From: an uncultured bacterium
GTDB taxonomy: Bacteria > Hydrothermota > UBA3073 > NMUJ01
DNA length: 36,873 bases
Reading direction: 5' to 3'
Assembly (NCBI GenBank): GCA_965612795.1
Contig: CBFDTI010000004.1
Coordinates: forward strand, 1 to 36,873
How positions within the stretch are numbered: position 1 is the first letter of the stretch; the number at the start of each line of letters is the position of its first letter. Below, in pieces: positions 24,915-34,752 of the stretch. The notes beneath the pieces were generated by a model, which did not search any database, was not told the DNA's origin, and saw only the letters and a list, made by a program, of their open reading frames with translations. Both the position numbers and the translations under genes were made by a program.

Positions 24915-26209
24915 GGATATATCCGATCTATCGTTCTTGGAAACGGTATAGTTTCACGTACGTGATGTAACCCACATATCCATGCAAGAGTGCGTTCCAG
25001 CCCTAGTCCAAACCCGCTGTGTGGTACACTACCGTACTTGCGTAAGTCAAGATACCACTCGAACGGTTCACGGGGGAGGTTGAACTCCTTTAACCGCTGT
25101 ATCAATGTCTCATAATCGGATTCACGTTCGGAGCCACCGATGATCTCACCATAACCTTCGGGTGCAAGCACATCCATAGCGAGTGCAAGTTCGGGGTTAT
25201 TGGGGTCGCGTTTCATGTAGAAAGCTTTCACCTTGGCAGGATACCGATGTACTATCACGGGGCGGGTAAATTGTTGTGACAGATACGTTTCGTGTGGTGC
25301 ACCGAAATCCTCACCCCACGGGAAATCGGTAAACTCCTTCTGTATGAGGTTGACCGCCTCAGTGTAGCTAATACGGGGGAAGGGTTTCTTTATATCTTCC
25401 AGTGGTTTGATATTACGTTCAAGCAAGGTGAGCTCCTTTTGACATTTGGTGAGCACACGCTCCACGATATGTACGATGAGATCCTCAGCCAGCTCCATTA
25501 TGTCATCGAGTGTGGCAAATGCAACCTCAGGCTCTATCTGCCAGAATTCTGTCAGGTGGCGACGTGTTTTCGACTTCTCCGCACGAAATGTTGGCCCAAA
25601 CGTATAGACTTTACCGAAAGCCATCGCACCTGCTTCCGCATAGAGTTGACCCGACTGCGATAGATACGCTTTGGTATAGAAATACGGTACTTCAAACAAT
25701 GTAGTAGTACCCTCGCACGCGGTGGGTGTAAGTATGGGTGCATCCAGCAGCAAGAAGCCACGTGAGTCAAAGAACTCACGTATTGCGGTTACAACCGTAT
25801 GACGTATACGCATGATGGCGAACGGACGACGTGACCTTAGATGCAGGTGACGATGTGATAGCAAGAAATCTATACCATGGGGTTTGAGTGAAATGGGGTA
25901 CTCTTCGATGGGTTCATGTATAACCTCGATGGATTTGACGTCCATCTCGTAACCACCGGGTGCACGCTTATCGGCACGTATCTTACCGGTGAGGATGAGT
26001 GAGGTCTCTTGCTTCAGACGTTCGGCAAGCGCAAACGTCGCCTCAGGTACATCGTTTTCAGTAACAATGGCTTGCATGAACCCTGTCCCGTCACGGATTA
26101 TGAGGAAGACGATCTTACCCTTGGGTGTACGATTATATAACCAACCGCGTACCGATATCTCTTCACCTACATGCTCCGATACATGAGCTATATCTACGAA
26201 TTTTTTCAT
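24911..26209 (-). CDS. asnS: Asparagine--tRNA ligase
   Basis: OB-fold [67 protein letters not shown]. Confidence 0.96.
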   Translation of the reverse strand: MKKFVDIAHVSEHVGEEISVRGWLYNRTPKGKIVFLIIRDGTGFMQAIVTENDVPEATFALAERLKQETSLILTGKIRADKRAPGGYEMDVKSIEVIHEPIEEYPISLKPHGIDFLLSHRHLHLRSRRPFAIMRIRHTVVTAIREFFDSRGFLLLDAPILTPTACEGTTTLFEVPYFYTKAYLSQSGQLYAEAGAMAFGKVYTFGPTFRAEKSKTRRHLTEFWQIEPEVAFATLDDIMELAEDLIVHIVERVLTKCQKELTLLERNIKPLEDIKKPFPRISYTEAVNLIQKEFTDFPWGEDFGAPHETYLSQQFTRPVIVHRYPAKVKAFYMKRDPNNPELALAMDVLAPEGYGEIIGGSERESDYETLIQRLKEFNLPREPFEWYLDLRKYGSVPHSGFGLGLERTLAWICGLHHVRETIPFPRTIDRIYP

Positions 26210-27177
26210 TCTTCCAATACACTCGGGTTTATAAGGTTAGGTGGTATCTTACCTTCAAGCCCAGCTATCAAATTGGTTACCGTTGCGTGTGACATAAGTT
26301 GCCTCGCTTTGTAAGTTGCACTCCCTATATGAGGTAAAAGTAACACGTTGGATAACTTACGCAATACCTCCGGTACGTAAGGTTCATACTCGTATACGTC
26401 GAGTGCTGCCCCTTTTATGCAATTTGTGGTTAAGCAATTGATAAGTGCATGTTCGTCGATGATAGGGCCACGTGCAGTGTTTATCAAGTAAGCGGTGGGT
26501 TTCATCAGCGATAGCTCAGCTTCACCGATAATGTGGTAGGTTTCGCGAGTCAGTGGCAGATGTAAGGTGACAATATCAGAGGCTTGAAGTAGCTCATGCA
26601 GGTTGCAGCTTCTGGCACCTATGGATTCGAGCTTAACGTTACGTTGCTTATCGTAATATAGGAGCGACATCTGGAACCCTGGTGCTTTTAGGCCAACCGC
26701 CGTACCGATACGGCCGGCACCTACTATACCGAGTGTCTTACCTGCAAGTTCGTCACCTAGAAACAGGTCAAGTTGCCAACCATTGAACTTACCAGCTCGA
26801 GTAAACCTATCCGCTGCGGGTATGTGACGTACAAGCGCTAATATAAGCCCCCACGTGTATTCAGCGACTGCATTTGTGAGTACATCGGGTGTGTTGGTCA
26901 CCATTATACCTTTTTGGGTGGCGTAATCCACGTCTATGTTGTCATAACCTACGGCACAGTTGGCAATTATACGTAGGTGGGTTAGGTTATCGAGCACCCG
27001 TGGTGTGATCCTATCCGTGAGGAAGGTCACCAACCCATCAGCTTTATGTGCAAACTCTATTATCTCATCTTCGGTAGGTATGAGGGGACCTTCTTCCCTT
27101 ACGACAATATCCCAACCCTTAGCTGTGAGTTTACGTTCGTCCTCATCAAATAGATGGTGTAGCAACACTACCCGCAT
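26206..27177 (-). CDS. D-2-hydroxyacid dehydrogenase (glyoxylate reductase / D-glycerate dehydrogenase type)
   Basis: [45 protein letters not shown]. Confidence 0.92.
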   Translation of the reverse strand: MRVVLLHHLFDEDERKLTAKGWDIVVREEGPLIPTEDEIIEFAHKADGLVTFLTDRITPRVLDNLTHLRIIANCAVGYDNIDVDYATQKGIMVTNTPDVLTNAVAEYTWGLILALVRHIPAADRFTRAGKFNGWQLDLFLGDELAGKTLGIVGAGRIGTAVGLKAPGFQMSLLYYDKQRNVKLESIGARSCNLHELLQASDIVTLHLPLTRETYHIIGEAELSLMKPTAYLINTARGPIIDEHALINCLTTNCIKGAALDVYEYEPYVPEVLRKLSNVLLLPHIGSATYKARQLMSHATVTNLIAGLEGKIPPNLINPSVLEE

Positions 27178-27191
27178 ATAAACAATAGGTA

Positions 27192-28034
27192 TTAAAGTGC
27201 GGGTTGTACAACAAACCGCCTAAAGTTAGGTATTGTCTGAAACCAATAGTCAAATTCTATACCATTATCAAGTATTTGCGTGATTTGCAGCAACACATAG
27301 AATGGGCCTTCGTCTTTCATATACACAACGTAGTAGTCACCGGATGCAACACCTTCATCCATGGATTCAGGTTGGTACTTTGTGCTTATACTTGTACCCA
27401 ATGGTATATTCGATGGATCATCAACCTTTGCAATGTATGCAGCACCGTTATCTGCACCTTCTGCGGGTATGTTGAACCACTGCAATGCAGTGTCAGGGCT
27501 TATGATATGGAACTTGGAATTATCTATAGTTCCAACAACACCATCGTTCAGATATATGTCCCAATCATCTGTTGACTTATACGAGCGTGGCTCACCATTG
27601 CCATCAGCTTCCCAGTTATATGCACTATAGCCGACTTCGGTGGGGGCATCGAGGTCGTATATCCTGCAGCCGTCCTCAAATACCGGTATAGTGGATACAA
27701 CATTGCTGGGGGAGCTTTCGTTTCTACCCTTGAATGCTGTTACATAGTAGTCGCCCAACCCTAAGCTGTCGATAGCTTCAGCATCCTGTGTGTAGCTGGT
27801 TGCCGACCCTGGTATCACCTCATCTATACAGGTGTAGGTGTTTTCACCAACGGGTTTGAAGTATATTCTGTAGCCTTCAGCATTTTCGACCATATCCCAT
27901 GATAGACGTATGCCTAACCCATCGTCGTAGGCTTCGATTGTTAAATTCTGTGGTGTAGCAACCTCTTCGATAGGGCCTAACTCACAACCACAGACTAATA
28001 ACAACCCTACCATAAACGGTAGGAAGTTTCTCAT
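27192..28034 (-). CDS. Lipoprotein with FN3-like N-domain and beta-rich C-domain
   Basis: Lipobox VCG|C; PQNL..RLSWD..AEGYRIY..YYVTAF..ES.PSN FN3 pattern; AGGAGG SD at 28044-28039. Confidence 0.85.
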   Translation of the reverse strand: MRNFLPFMVGLLLVCGCELGPIEEVATPQNLTIEAYDDGLGIRLSWDMVENAEGYRIYFKPVGENTYTCIDEVIPGSATSYTQDAEAIDSLGLGDYYVTAFKGRNESSPSNVVSTIPVFEDGCRIYDLDAPTEVGYSAYNWEADGNGEPRSYKSTDDWDIYLNDGVVGTIDNSKFHIISPDTALQWFNIPAEGADNGAAYIAKVDDPSNIPLGTSISTKYQPESMDEGVASGDYYVVYMKDEGPFYVLLQITQILDNGIEFDYWFQTIPNFRRFVVQPAL

Positions 28035-28059
28035 CGTACCTCCTGTTTATACTTATACT

Positions 28060-28086
28060 AAATTAACAGCAAAATGCGAATGTCAA
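28060..28086 (-). promoter_or_regulatory. Putative promoter of the lipoprotein-gyaR-asnS operon (TTGACA-N15-TAATTT)
   Basis: Minus strand TTGACA 28086-28081, TAATTT 28065-28060. Confidence 0.6.
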
Positions 28087-28101
28087 TAAGCACTTATGTA
28101 G

Positions 28102-28128
28102 TTTACATGTAGGGCTCGAGGTTATATT
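28102..28128 (+). promoter_or_regulatory. Putative vanZ promoter (TTTACA-N15-TATATT)
   Basis: TTTACA 28102-28107, TATATTTA 28123-28130, ATG 28138. Confidence 0.5.
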
Positions 28129-28137
28129 TAAAAACTG

Positions 28138-28500
28138 ATGAAAAAGTGGAGCATCTTGGTAATCGTATGGACTTGTTTTATATTCGCAGCAACCTCTATA
28201 CCGCAGCTACCGAGTAAGTTTGAAGTTTCGTGGCTATCCATTATTTGTCATTTTGGGTTTTACCTCATATGGGCGATGTTAGGGGTTAGATTGTGGGATA
28301 AGAGTACGCTTTTGTACGGGGTAGGGCTTGCAGTGTTCGATGAATGGCACCAAAGGTTTATACCTGGTAGGATATGTGATTGGCGTGATTTGGTTGCTGA
28401 TATGGTAGGTATTGCGATAGGTATGGTCATTATGTTGCGGTGGTTACACTACCATCGTACCAAACGGATTAACCCTTATGGCTGTAGGACGAAGTCGTAA
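28138..28500 (+). CDS. VanZ-family membrane protein
   Basis: IF..TS.P, HF..Y, DEWHQ.FIPGR..D..D..AD motif. Confidence 0.88.
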   Translation: MKKWSILVIVWTCFIFAATSIPQLPSKFEVSWLSIICHFGFYLIWAMLGVRLWDKSTLLYGVGLAVFDEWHQRFIPGRICDWRDLVADMVGIAIGMVIMLRWLHYHRTKRINPYGCRTKS

Positions 28501-29252
28501 CCTGTTAGATTATCGCCAGCATGTACCTCTACCTCAGTATATGTGGTATCTGCGGTAGTATAACCTTCCGCGGATGCCCTTATGTCGTAGGTGCCCTCGA
28601 GAAGTATAAGCTTATAGGAGCCTACGCTATCGGTGAGCGTGGACGTGGTGGTATTTGCGGTTATTGCCTCAACAAGTGCGTTAGGTATGCCCATGCCGGC
28701 AGTATCTTTTACTGTACCTGATACCGTACCGGAGAGTACCTTTTTAAACGCCCTAAAGGCGGGTCGTAGCAGGTAATTACCGGGTGTCCAGGTGATTGAG
28801 GTCGATACATCGAAATCTACCAGGATCTCGATGATCTCGTCTGGTTCCACAGTGAAGTCGAGGTTGATCTTAACACCGGTCTGGACACCGCTTGGCACTA
28901 CAAGTGGATAACTTACACCGTTTATCACTATCTCATTGGTATCCGCGACCGTGAGCCTCATCTGTGTGTAATACCCGGGCTCGAGCACGGTATCACAAAG
29001 CACGGCAGTGACACCATTGATAAGTTGCATGAAATCATAGGTGATGGCGGTGTCCACAAGTGTACGCCAGCCGCTCTCTGGGCTTTGTACGCTTACCTCC
29101 GTAATCGTCAAATATATATGCTCCACATTGGAAGGGGGAGGGGTGTCAAATGCCTCAATTCTGATCCTTCCATAGGCTTCACGCTCTCTATGGCAACCAG
29201 CAACAACGATAAGTGCAATCAATAACGGAACATACACATGGGTTGCTCTCAT
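28476..29252 (-). CDS. DUF4382 lipoprotein with C-terminal carboxypeptidase-regulatory-like domain
   Basis: Lipobox VAG|C; D.P..VEHIY.TI.EV, G.Y.Q.RL, VPSG.QTG.KI, DFD...S, Y.LRP; SGTV.D..G..I.NA.V..T...G.Y...L.EGTY. SD AAGGAG. Confidence 0.85.
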   Translation of the reverse strand: MRATHVYVPLLIALIVVAGCHREREAYGRIRIEAFDTPPPSNVEHIYLTITEVSVQSPESGWRTLVDTAITYDFMQLINGVTAVLCDTVLEPGYYTQMRLTVADTNEIVINGVSYPLVVPSGVQTGVKINLDFTVEPDEIIEILVDFDVSTSITWTPGNYLLRPAFRAFKKVLSGTVSGTVKDTAGMGIPNALVEAITANTTTSTLTDSVGSYKLILLEGTYDIRASAEGYTTADTTYTEVEVHAGDNLTGYDFVLQP

Positions 29253-29307
29253 TTTTGCTCCTTTTTATGTTGAACAAAATCTATCTTCAAACTGCGCCCT
29301 CTACTAT

Positions 29308-29335
29308 AAGATAACCGTTACAACTACAATATCAA
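29308..29335 (-). promoter_or_regulatory. Putative promoter of the DUF4382 gene (TTGATA-N16-TATCTT)
   Basis: Minus strand TTGATA 29335-29330, TATCTT 29313-29308. Confidence 0.45.
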
Positions 29336-29351
29336 GCTATAGTGGTGCGGG

Positions 29352-31661
29352 TTATGCACTTGAACATGTCATAATGGGTATGGCTTGTTTCTCTGGTGTT
29401 ACTTTGACGGGCCTTCCGTTGACTACGATTTCTAGCTCTTCTGCTGGGTGGCTAGGTTCGCCCCACACGGTGAATGTGTCGTGGGTTAGCTCCACAAATA
29501 TGGGGTGACCTCGCCACATTATGGTGAACCGCAGTCTACGCCAATGTTTAGGCAACCTTGGATTGAACTGCAACTTATCAGCATATATGTGCATACCAGC
29601 GAACCCATTGACTACTGCTTGCCAGGTGCCACCAGCGGCGCCTGCATGGAACCCATGCTGGGTGTTACGGTAGATATTGTCGAGCCCTACACGTGCACTC
29701 ATCATGAAATACCGGTAAGCTAACTCTTTGTAACCAATCTCGTTCGCTATGATAGAAGATACGCTGGCAGCGAGTGATGATCGATACAAAGTACGTGGAT
29801 CGTAGAAGTCGAAATTTACCTTCTTCTCGTGTAGGCTAAACTTATCCCTGAACACATATAGTAACATGACGACGTCGGGTTGTTTGATGAGCTTGGTACG
29901 TTGGAGTTTGTCCCAATCCCTCCATTCATCGGGTATTCTCGGTATACCAGTATCTGAGGGTTCGATTTGTACATCGATTAGATTGAAATAACCCTCAAAC
30001 TGCTCGTAGATGCCTGTACGTTCGTCACGCAGTATAAGTATGTTAGCTGCGATTTGACGCCATTCAGCAATCTCAGCTGGTGTGATGTCCAGCTTTTTGA
30101 TGATTTCTGAATCGTTGAACTTCTCCGCGTAACTGGCGGCAGTTTCAAGGTTCCATTTAGCTATGAAGTTGGTGTAAACATTATTATCAACATGATAGTG
30201 AATCTCGTCCGGTCCTATCAGCTTTTTGATCACATATTTGTTACGGGTGGGGTCGAACTCCACACGTGATGCCCAGAACCTGGCAGTTTCGAGTAAGATC
30301 TCCAACCCGTAATTTGACATAAATTCATGATCATGTGTAGCTCTGTAGTAATGATCAACCCCATATGCGACAGCGGCCACCACGTGGTGTTCTTCTTCAC
30401 CTTCACAAACACGATAGGTTTTGACGAATGGATCGCCTACTTCCCTTGGGATGGTCTCGCTACCATCGTCGGTACTCTCCCATGGGAATTGTGCCCCTCT
30501 GTAGCCGTTGAGTTTGGCGTTTTGGCGTGCACCTTCCAGCATGTTGTATCTATACATAAGTAATGTACGTGCGGCTTTGGGATCGGTATAGATGAAGAAC
30601 GGTAACATATACATTTCGGTATCCCAGAAAATGTGCCCCTTGTAACCCTCACCATGCAACCCTTTAGCGGGTATGCTGACACGTTCATCGTCGGGGTTAA
30701 CACATTGCATGAGATGGAACAGGCTAAACCGTACCGATTTTTGTGCAACTGGATCACCTTCTATCTCCACATCTGCGATACGCCAGCGGGTGGCCCATGC
30801 TGATGTATGGGTGGCGATCAGCTTTTTGTAACCGTCGGCTAACATTAGGTTGAGTTCGTTTAAGGTGGCTACCTTTACGTTTGTGAGGTCACGTGATGTG
30901 TAGAAGCTTACATATTTACAAAACTCATATTGTTTGTTGGGGTCGACCTCAAATACTAATGCGTTCGCTATGTAGTCTTTCTCGTAACGTACGTCACGTT
31001 CGAACCCCGTGTTAACCATAAGTTGTGAGGCTTCACCCACCGTGATCTGTGTACCATACGTGCGCGTCTCGAGGTATACCGAATCTCCTATTGGTGTACG
31101 ATTGACGAGCTTGAAATGCTTGTTTTTGAGCTGCTCCGAATACCCGGTGTTGAACATGTAGCCGTTGAGCCCACCCTCAAGCACCACCTTACCAGTATAG
31201 TTTTCGGAAACCAACCGCCCATAAATTAACCCCCTGTGTTTAGCTGTTTGATGTACAAGCCGTAGGGTTTCAACGGCTACGATTTTACCTTTGGGGCTTT
31301 GCCATTTGAACGCCTCATATAGTAACCCCCTGTACATATCTAATGTGCGGTTGTAGTGGAGTAACTTGCCTTTTTCGAAATCGACCAACTCATCCCCTAT
31401 GGTTAGCTTTAGGCCGATCCATTCAGGTGCGTTGGCGAGTTCGGATTTCACCTCGAGTGCACGATCATAGACACCGGCAAAAAATGTGCATGGCCATCCG
31501 TGACGTGTATCCCACACCAATGTACCACGTACACCTACGTAGCCATTGGCTAACGTAAACAGTGTCTCGTATACGGGTAGGGTTTCAGGATTGTATTTGT
31601 GCTCGGTAAGTAACCACTCTTCATCACTTAATATATCCTTTAGCTGGGTGAGTGTATCCAT
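29352..31661 (-). CDS. Glycoside hydrolase family 65 phosphorylase (kojibiose/trehalose/maltose phosphorylase type)
   Basis: ETLFTLANGY.G.RG, KGLHGEGYKGHIFWDTE, GA.FPWES, catalytic GPDE, KQPD, G.H....GG.W...V.GF.G. Start at ATG 31661 with GGAGG (31670-31666), not 31760. Confidence 0.93.
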   Translation of the reverse strand: MDTLTQLKDILSDEEWLLTEHKYNPETLPVYETLFTLANGYVGVRGTLVWDTRHGWPCTFFAGVYDRALEVKSELANAPEWIGLKLTIGDELVDFEKGKLLHYNRTLDMYRGLLYEAFKWQSPKGKIVAVETLRLVHQTAKHRGLIYGRLVSENYTGKVVLEGGLNGYMFNTGYSEQLKNKHFKLVNRTPIGDSVYLETRTYGTQITVGEASQLMVNTGFERDVRYEKDYIANALVFEVDPNKQYEFCKYVSFYTSRDLTNVKVATLNELNLMLADGYKKLIATHTSAWATRWRIADVEIEGDPVAQKSVRFSLFHLMQCVNPDDERVSIPAKGLHGEGYKGHIFWDTEMYMLPFFIYTDPKAARTLLMYRYNMLEGARQNAKLNGYRGAQFPWESTDDGSETIPREVGDPFVKTYRVCEGEEEHHVVAAVAYGVDHYYRATHDHEFMSNYGLEILLETARFWASRVEFDPTRNKYVIKKLIGPDEIHYHVDNNVYTNFIAKWNLETAASYAEKFNDSEIIKKLDITPAEIAEWRQIAANILILRDERTGIYEQFEGYFNLIDVQIEPSDTGIPRIPDEWRDWDKLQRTKLIKQPDVVMLLYVFRDKFSLHEKKVNFDFYDPRTLYRSSLAASVSSIIANEIGYKELAYRYFMMSARVGLDNIYRNTQHGFHAGAAGGTWQAVVNGFAGMHIYADKLQFNPRLPKHWRRLRFTIMWRGHPIFVELTHDTFTVWGEPSHPAEELEIVVNGRPVKVTPEKQAIPIMTCSSA

Positions 31662-31662
31662 G

Positions 31663-32481
31663 TCACCTCCGTTGTTTAATAATCTCGATAACCCTATGTT
31701 TGAGTTCATCATACGAGATGTCATCCAAGCTATGTACAAGTATATCTGCACCTGTGTCACGAAAATCTTCTTTACCCCCTATACGCATTATACCGATGGC
31801 GAACATGTCTGCAAGTTTGGCCGCTTTTACACCCATAGGGGCGTCTTCGAACACAACAAACTGCGTTATGCTGGGTGATTTGCGGGTTAGCTCGTTGGCA
31901 GCAAATTTAAATATGCCAAGTTTGCCACCTTCGAGCTGTTTGCCACATACGTCAACATCGAACAGCGAATAAAGTGTAGTACCGGGGGTGATAAAATCAT
32001 ACTGTTTATCCAAGTGTTTCAGTATCTCATACGTGTCGATGTTTAGTAACATGGGTTTGGCGTTCTTCGATGCCGATACAGCAGCTTGCTTGATACCGCG
32101 TGATTTAGCTTCAAGTATCAATTTTACCGCATCGTGGAATACATCGAACTTACGTTCAGCTATCAATTGTTGTATGAGTGCGTTCTTCTCTGTACAGAAG
32201 CGTTCCAGTAGCTGGCGCTTTTTGGCTTCGGTATCGGCATTGAATTTATGATATACACCATACTTATCGAGTATGTTGTGACCACCTTCGTAACGGGGGC
32301 GGCTGGCTACCCATTTCATGTAGAATTCGGAGGTGAAATCTTTTATACCCCATCGTTTCGCAGTTATACGCCAGGCGTATTCGTGAGGACTGTTGGCGAC
32401 TACACCATCTATGTCCCAGATGAACCCTACTTGATGTTCGAACTCCACGATATTGGAGATATGTGGGTTGAACTCACCCAT
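31663..32481 (-). CDS. HAD-superfamily phosphatase, likely beta-phosphoglucomutase
   Basis: DIDGVV motif I, SASKNA motif II, VVFEDA..GV.AA motif IV; directly upstream of GH65. Confidence 0.8.
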   Translation of the reverse strand: MGEFNPHISNIVEFEHQVGFIWDIDGVVANSPHEYAWRITAKRWGIKDFTSEFYMKWVASRPRYEGGHNILDKYGVYHKFNADTEAKKRQLLERFCTEKNALIQQLIAERKFDVFHDAVKLILEAKSRGIKQAAVSASKNAKPMLLNIDTYEILKHLDKQYDFITPGTTLYSLFDVDVCGKQLEGGKLGIFKFAANELTRKSPSITQFVVFEDAPMGVKAAKLADMFAIGIMRIGGKEDFRDTGADILVHSLDDISYDELKHRVIEIIKQRR

Positions 32482-32505
32482 ATCCGTTGCAGCTAAACTA
32501 TCATC

Positions 32506-32625
32506 TTAGTTTATACCCACACCAGTGACACTCCCTAAACTCATACGATACGATGATCGGGTTACTAATTCACATATCCCACAGTAGAAACCACACCTAC
32601 TTGCTAGGTTGGTGTTAATTTCCAT
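32506..32625 (-). pseudogene. 39-aa Cys-motif sORF, probable truncated DUF3795-like gene
   Basis: MEINTNLASRCGFYCGICELVTRSSYRMSLGSVTGVGIN*; N-terminal CGxxCxxC; lies just behind a TTGACA promoter. Confidence 0.5.
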
Positions 32626-32640
32626 CTGCTGGTTATACAG

Positions 32641-32667
32641 TTGATAACAAAATATACATTATGTCAA
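32641..32667 (-). promoter_or_regulatory. Putative promoter of sORF-HAD-GH65 (TTGACA-N15-TATCAA)
   Basis: Minus strand TTGACA 32667-32662, TATCAA 32646-32641. Confidence 0.45.
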
Positions 32668-32754
32668 TGGCGGGTATGTTTGTTATACCTCGTAATTGTG
32701 GGATAACCCTGTTGTGCAAGTTTAACCAGCTATCACCCGATATTGGTGCTGGGA

Positions 32755-32781
32755 TTGACTCTTGCGTATCTGAGGTATTGT
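32755..32781 (+). promoter_or_regulatory. Putative promoter (TTGACT-N15-TATTGT)
   Basis: TTGACT 32755-32760, TATTGT 32776-32781; SD AGGAGG 32824-32829. Confidence 0.55.
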
Positions 32782-32834
32782 GATTTATGAAATAAGGTGT
32801 CATGATCACCTATCATCTTCAGTAGGAGGTATTG

Positions 32835-34685
32835 ATGCGATTTGATAGTGAAGTGTTCAAATGGTTGGCTTTATTTATAATTGTGTTGGGTGGCTTTGTT
32901 TCACAAGTATGTGCGGGAGCTGTCAATGACAGTACGGTGTTATATTTGGGGTTGCAACTGCATATTGAACCACAACAGTGGAGCCCATACGATGGTGAAG
33001 CTAACTTTCGGTTAGCAGCACGGGCACTCGACCGGTTGGCTGGGTTGTTCGAATCTCATGGTTTCCCCATAACGGCGGAGGTGGGGTTGGGGTTTGCACA
33101 ATCGTCACTACTTTGGGGAGCAGACACCGTACCAGGTAGTGTACAAAATATTGCGTTAAGGGGGCATGAGATAGCTGTGCATATTCATTTTCCGGTAAGT
33201 TTACCTGGGTTTCGTGGAATATTCTGGCCGGAGCCCGAACCTGAAGATACGATACCAGAGAGTGAGCTAACATATGAACAATATTGTTCTGCTGTATGTA
33301 AAAGGAAAAGGGCGGTCGATACGTTGTTGATACATCCAACTACTGGGGAATGTGGTGCATGGAGTAGCCGGCCGGAACTGGATTGGGTCAGATGCATGGA
33401 GGAGGTAGGTTTCGTTTGGGTGTCAGGTTGGAAAGATGCATCACGACCAGGACATGCGTGGGATACACGGGTGGTTGCACGCAGGGTGGGTATGGATATG
33501 ACACAGGACTATACAGGTGGTGTACTGGACTATTTCTACAATGGACCGGTGGTATTTCTACCTGATGGTAGTGTCAGTGGTAGTATCAATCCTACACATG
33601 GTGCGTCACTAGAGGATATCATCAACCTGATGGAGTTTAACATACAGCGGGTAGACCCAAACAGATTTAACGTTGCATATCTGACGACACATTTGTACGA
33701 GTTTATCCACGCAGGGCAGCTCGATTCGCTGGCATTCGTACGTTGGGATAGCCTGCTGGATAGGTTAGACCAATATGTAGCACAGGGTAAGATACAATAT
33801 GTGACGTTTGGTGGGATGTACAACCTGTACTGTCAGATGGAGCAACAGGGTTATGTCCCGTATCCATATAATGGTAGTTTTGAGACACCTGATACCACGA
33901 TTGTTTATGAGATGCCACAGACTACCGAGATTATGCAGTTTTACTTTGAATGGATGGATGTATCCGATACAATTGCTGGGGTGGCGGAAAGGACGGCTGA
34001 TGAGAGTTTCTCCGGTACTTACGGGTTTAAGTTTGCACACGTAGGTGATATAAAGCGGAGAATTACTCCAGGTATAGAGAGTTTGGGCAAGTTACCGATA
34101 TATGCGAAGCTACCTGCAGGGGTATGCGTAACCTACAATGTATGGTATAAGGGGATGGGGCCCAACATACCTGGTATAGCGATGGCATTCTACGATACCA
34201 ACATACACGAGGTGGACTATCCACCGTATGACGTGGTGGATAGCTTTACGGTGGTAGATACATGCAATGGATGGCAAAGGTTGCAACTTAATGCAATAGT
34301 ACCTGAGAGTGCACAGTTTGTCAGAATATTTATCTCATTCAAGGGTGATGGTATTGGATACTTTGATGATGTAACAATAAGTTATCAACCTGCAGGTATA
34401 AAAGAAAGTGATTTGTTGAATGTATCAGTTATTGCGCTCGACAGTAAGCCAAACCCATTCACACGATACACGGTGATCACATACTATCTGCCAGTAGCTG
34501 ATAATATACAGATGAGAATATACGATACAAGTGGACGTATGGTGCGGAAGCTGGTTGATGGTTGGCAACCACGTGGCACACATAGTATCATATGGTACAA
34601 TGATGTGCCTGCGGGCATGTATTTCATAAACTTGAGTGTAGGTGAGAAGATTGCAAGGGTTAAGAAAATAGTGGTGGTAAGATAG
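32835..34685 (+). CDS. Secreted protein: NodB/CE4-like barrel + CBM-like jelly roll + T9SS C-terminal domain
   Basis: Signal peptide; LHIEP, GHEIAVHIH, LTTHLYE, GKIQYVTF; NGSFE..SGTYGFK..GWQRL..VPESA..YFDDV CBM4/16-like; PNPF..I.Y..IYDTSGR.VRKL..AGMYF..KKIVVVR CTD. ATG 32835 after AGGAGG. Confidence 0.8.
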   Translation: MRFDSEVFKWLALFIIVLGGFVSQVCAGAVNDSTVLYLGLQLHIEPQQWSPYDGEANFRLAARALDRLAGLFESHGFPITAEVGLGFAQSSLLWGADTVPGSVQNIALRGHEIAVHIHFPVSLPGFRGIFWPEPEPEDTIPESELTYEQYCSAVCKRKRAVDTLLIHPTTGECGAWSSRPELDWVRCMEEVGFVWVSGWKDASRPGHAWDTRVVARRVGMDMTQDYTGGVLDYFYNGPVVFLPDGSVSGSINPTHGASLEDIINLMEFNIQRVDPNRFNVAYLTTHLYEFIHAGQLDSLAFVRWDSLLDRLDQYVAQGKIQYVTFGGMYNLYCQMEQQGYVPYPYNGSFETPDTTIVYEMPQTTEIMQFYFEWMDVSDTIAGVAERTADESFSGTYGFKFAHVGDIKRRITPGIESLGKLPIYAKLPAGVCVTYNVWYKGMGPNIPGIAMAFYDTNIHEVDYPPYDVVDSFTVVDTCNGWQRLQLNAIVPESAQFVRIFISFKGDGIGYFDDVTISYQPAGIKESDLLNVSVIALDSKPNPFTRYTVITYYLPVADNIQMRIYDTSGRMVRKLVDGWQPRGTHSIIWYNDVPAGMYFINLSVGEKIARVKKIVVVR

Positions 34686-34702
34686 CTTACTCTGAATTGT
34701 AA

Positions 34703-34730
34703 TTGACATTTTTATGACTAAAATTACCAT
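34703..34730 (+). promoter_or_regulatory. Putative promoter (TTGACA-N16-TACCAT)
   Basis: TTGACA 34703-34708, TACCAT 34725-34730; in-frame ATGs at 34738 and 34753. Confidence 0.55.
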
Positions 34731-34752
34731 AAAAGTTATGGGTGATAAACTT

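Noticed and set aside
28138..28500. VanZ as a glycopeptide-resistance locus
   Set aside because: Widespread family, and no other van genes are present.
1000..29252. Bacteroidota lipoprotein export signal (K-D/E-D/E after Cys) in the four lipoproteins
   Set aside because: CERKPP, CGRKYP, CELGPI and CHRERE do not match consistently.
31662..31760. N-terminal extension of GH65 to 31760
   Set aside because: It overlaps the HAD gene; ATG 31661 has a GGAGG and sits 1 nt after the HAD stop.
32560..32600. Radical SAM CxxxCxxC motif
   Set aside because: The ORF is only 39 aa with no barrel; N-terminal CGxxCxxC fits a DUF3795-like start better.
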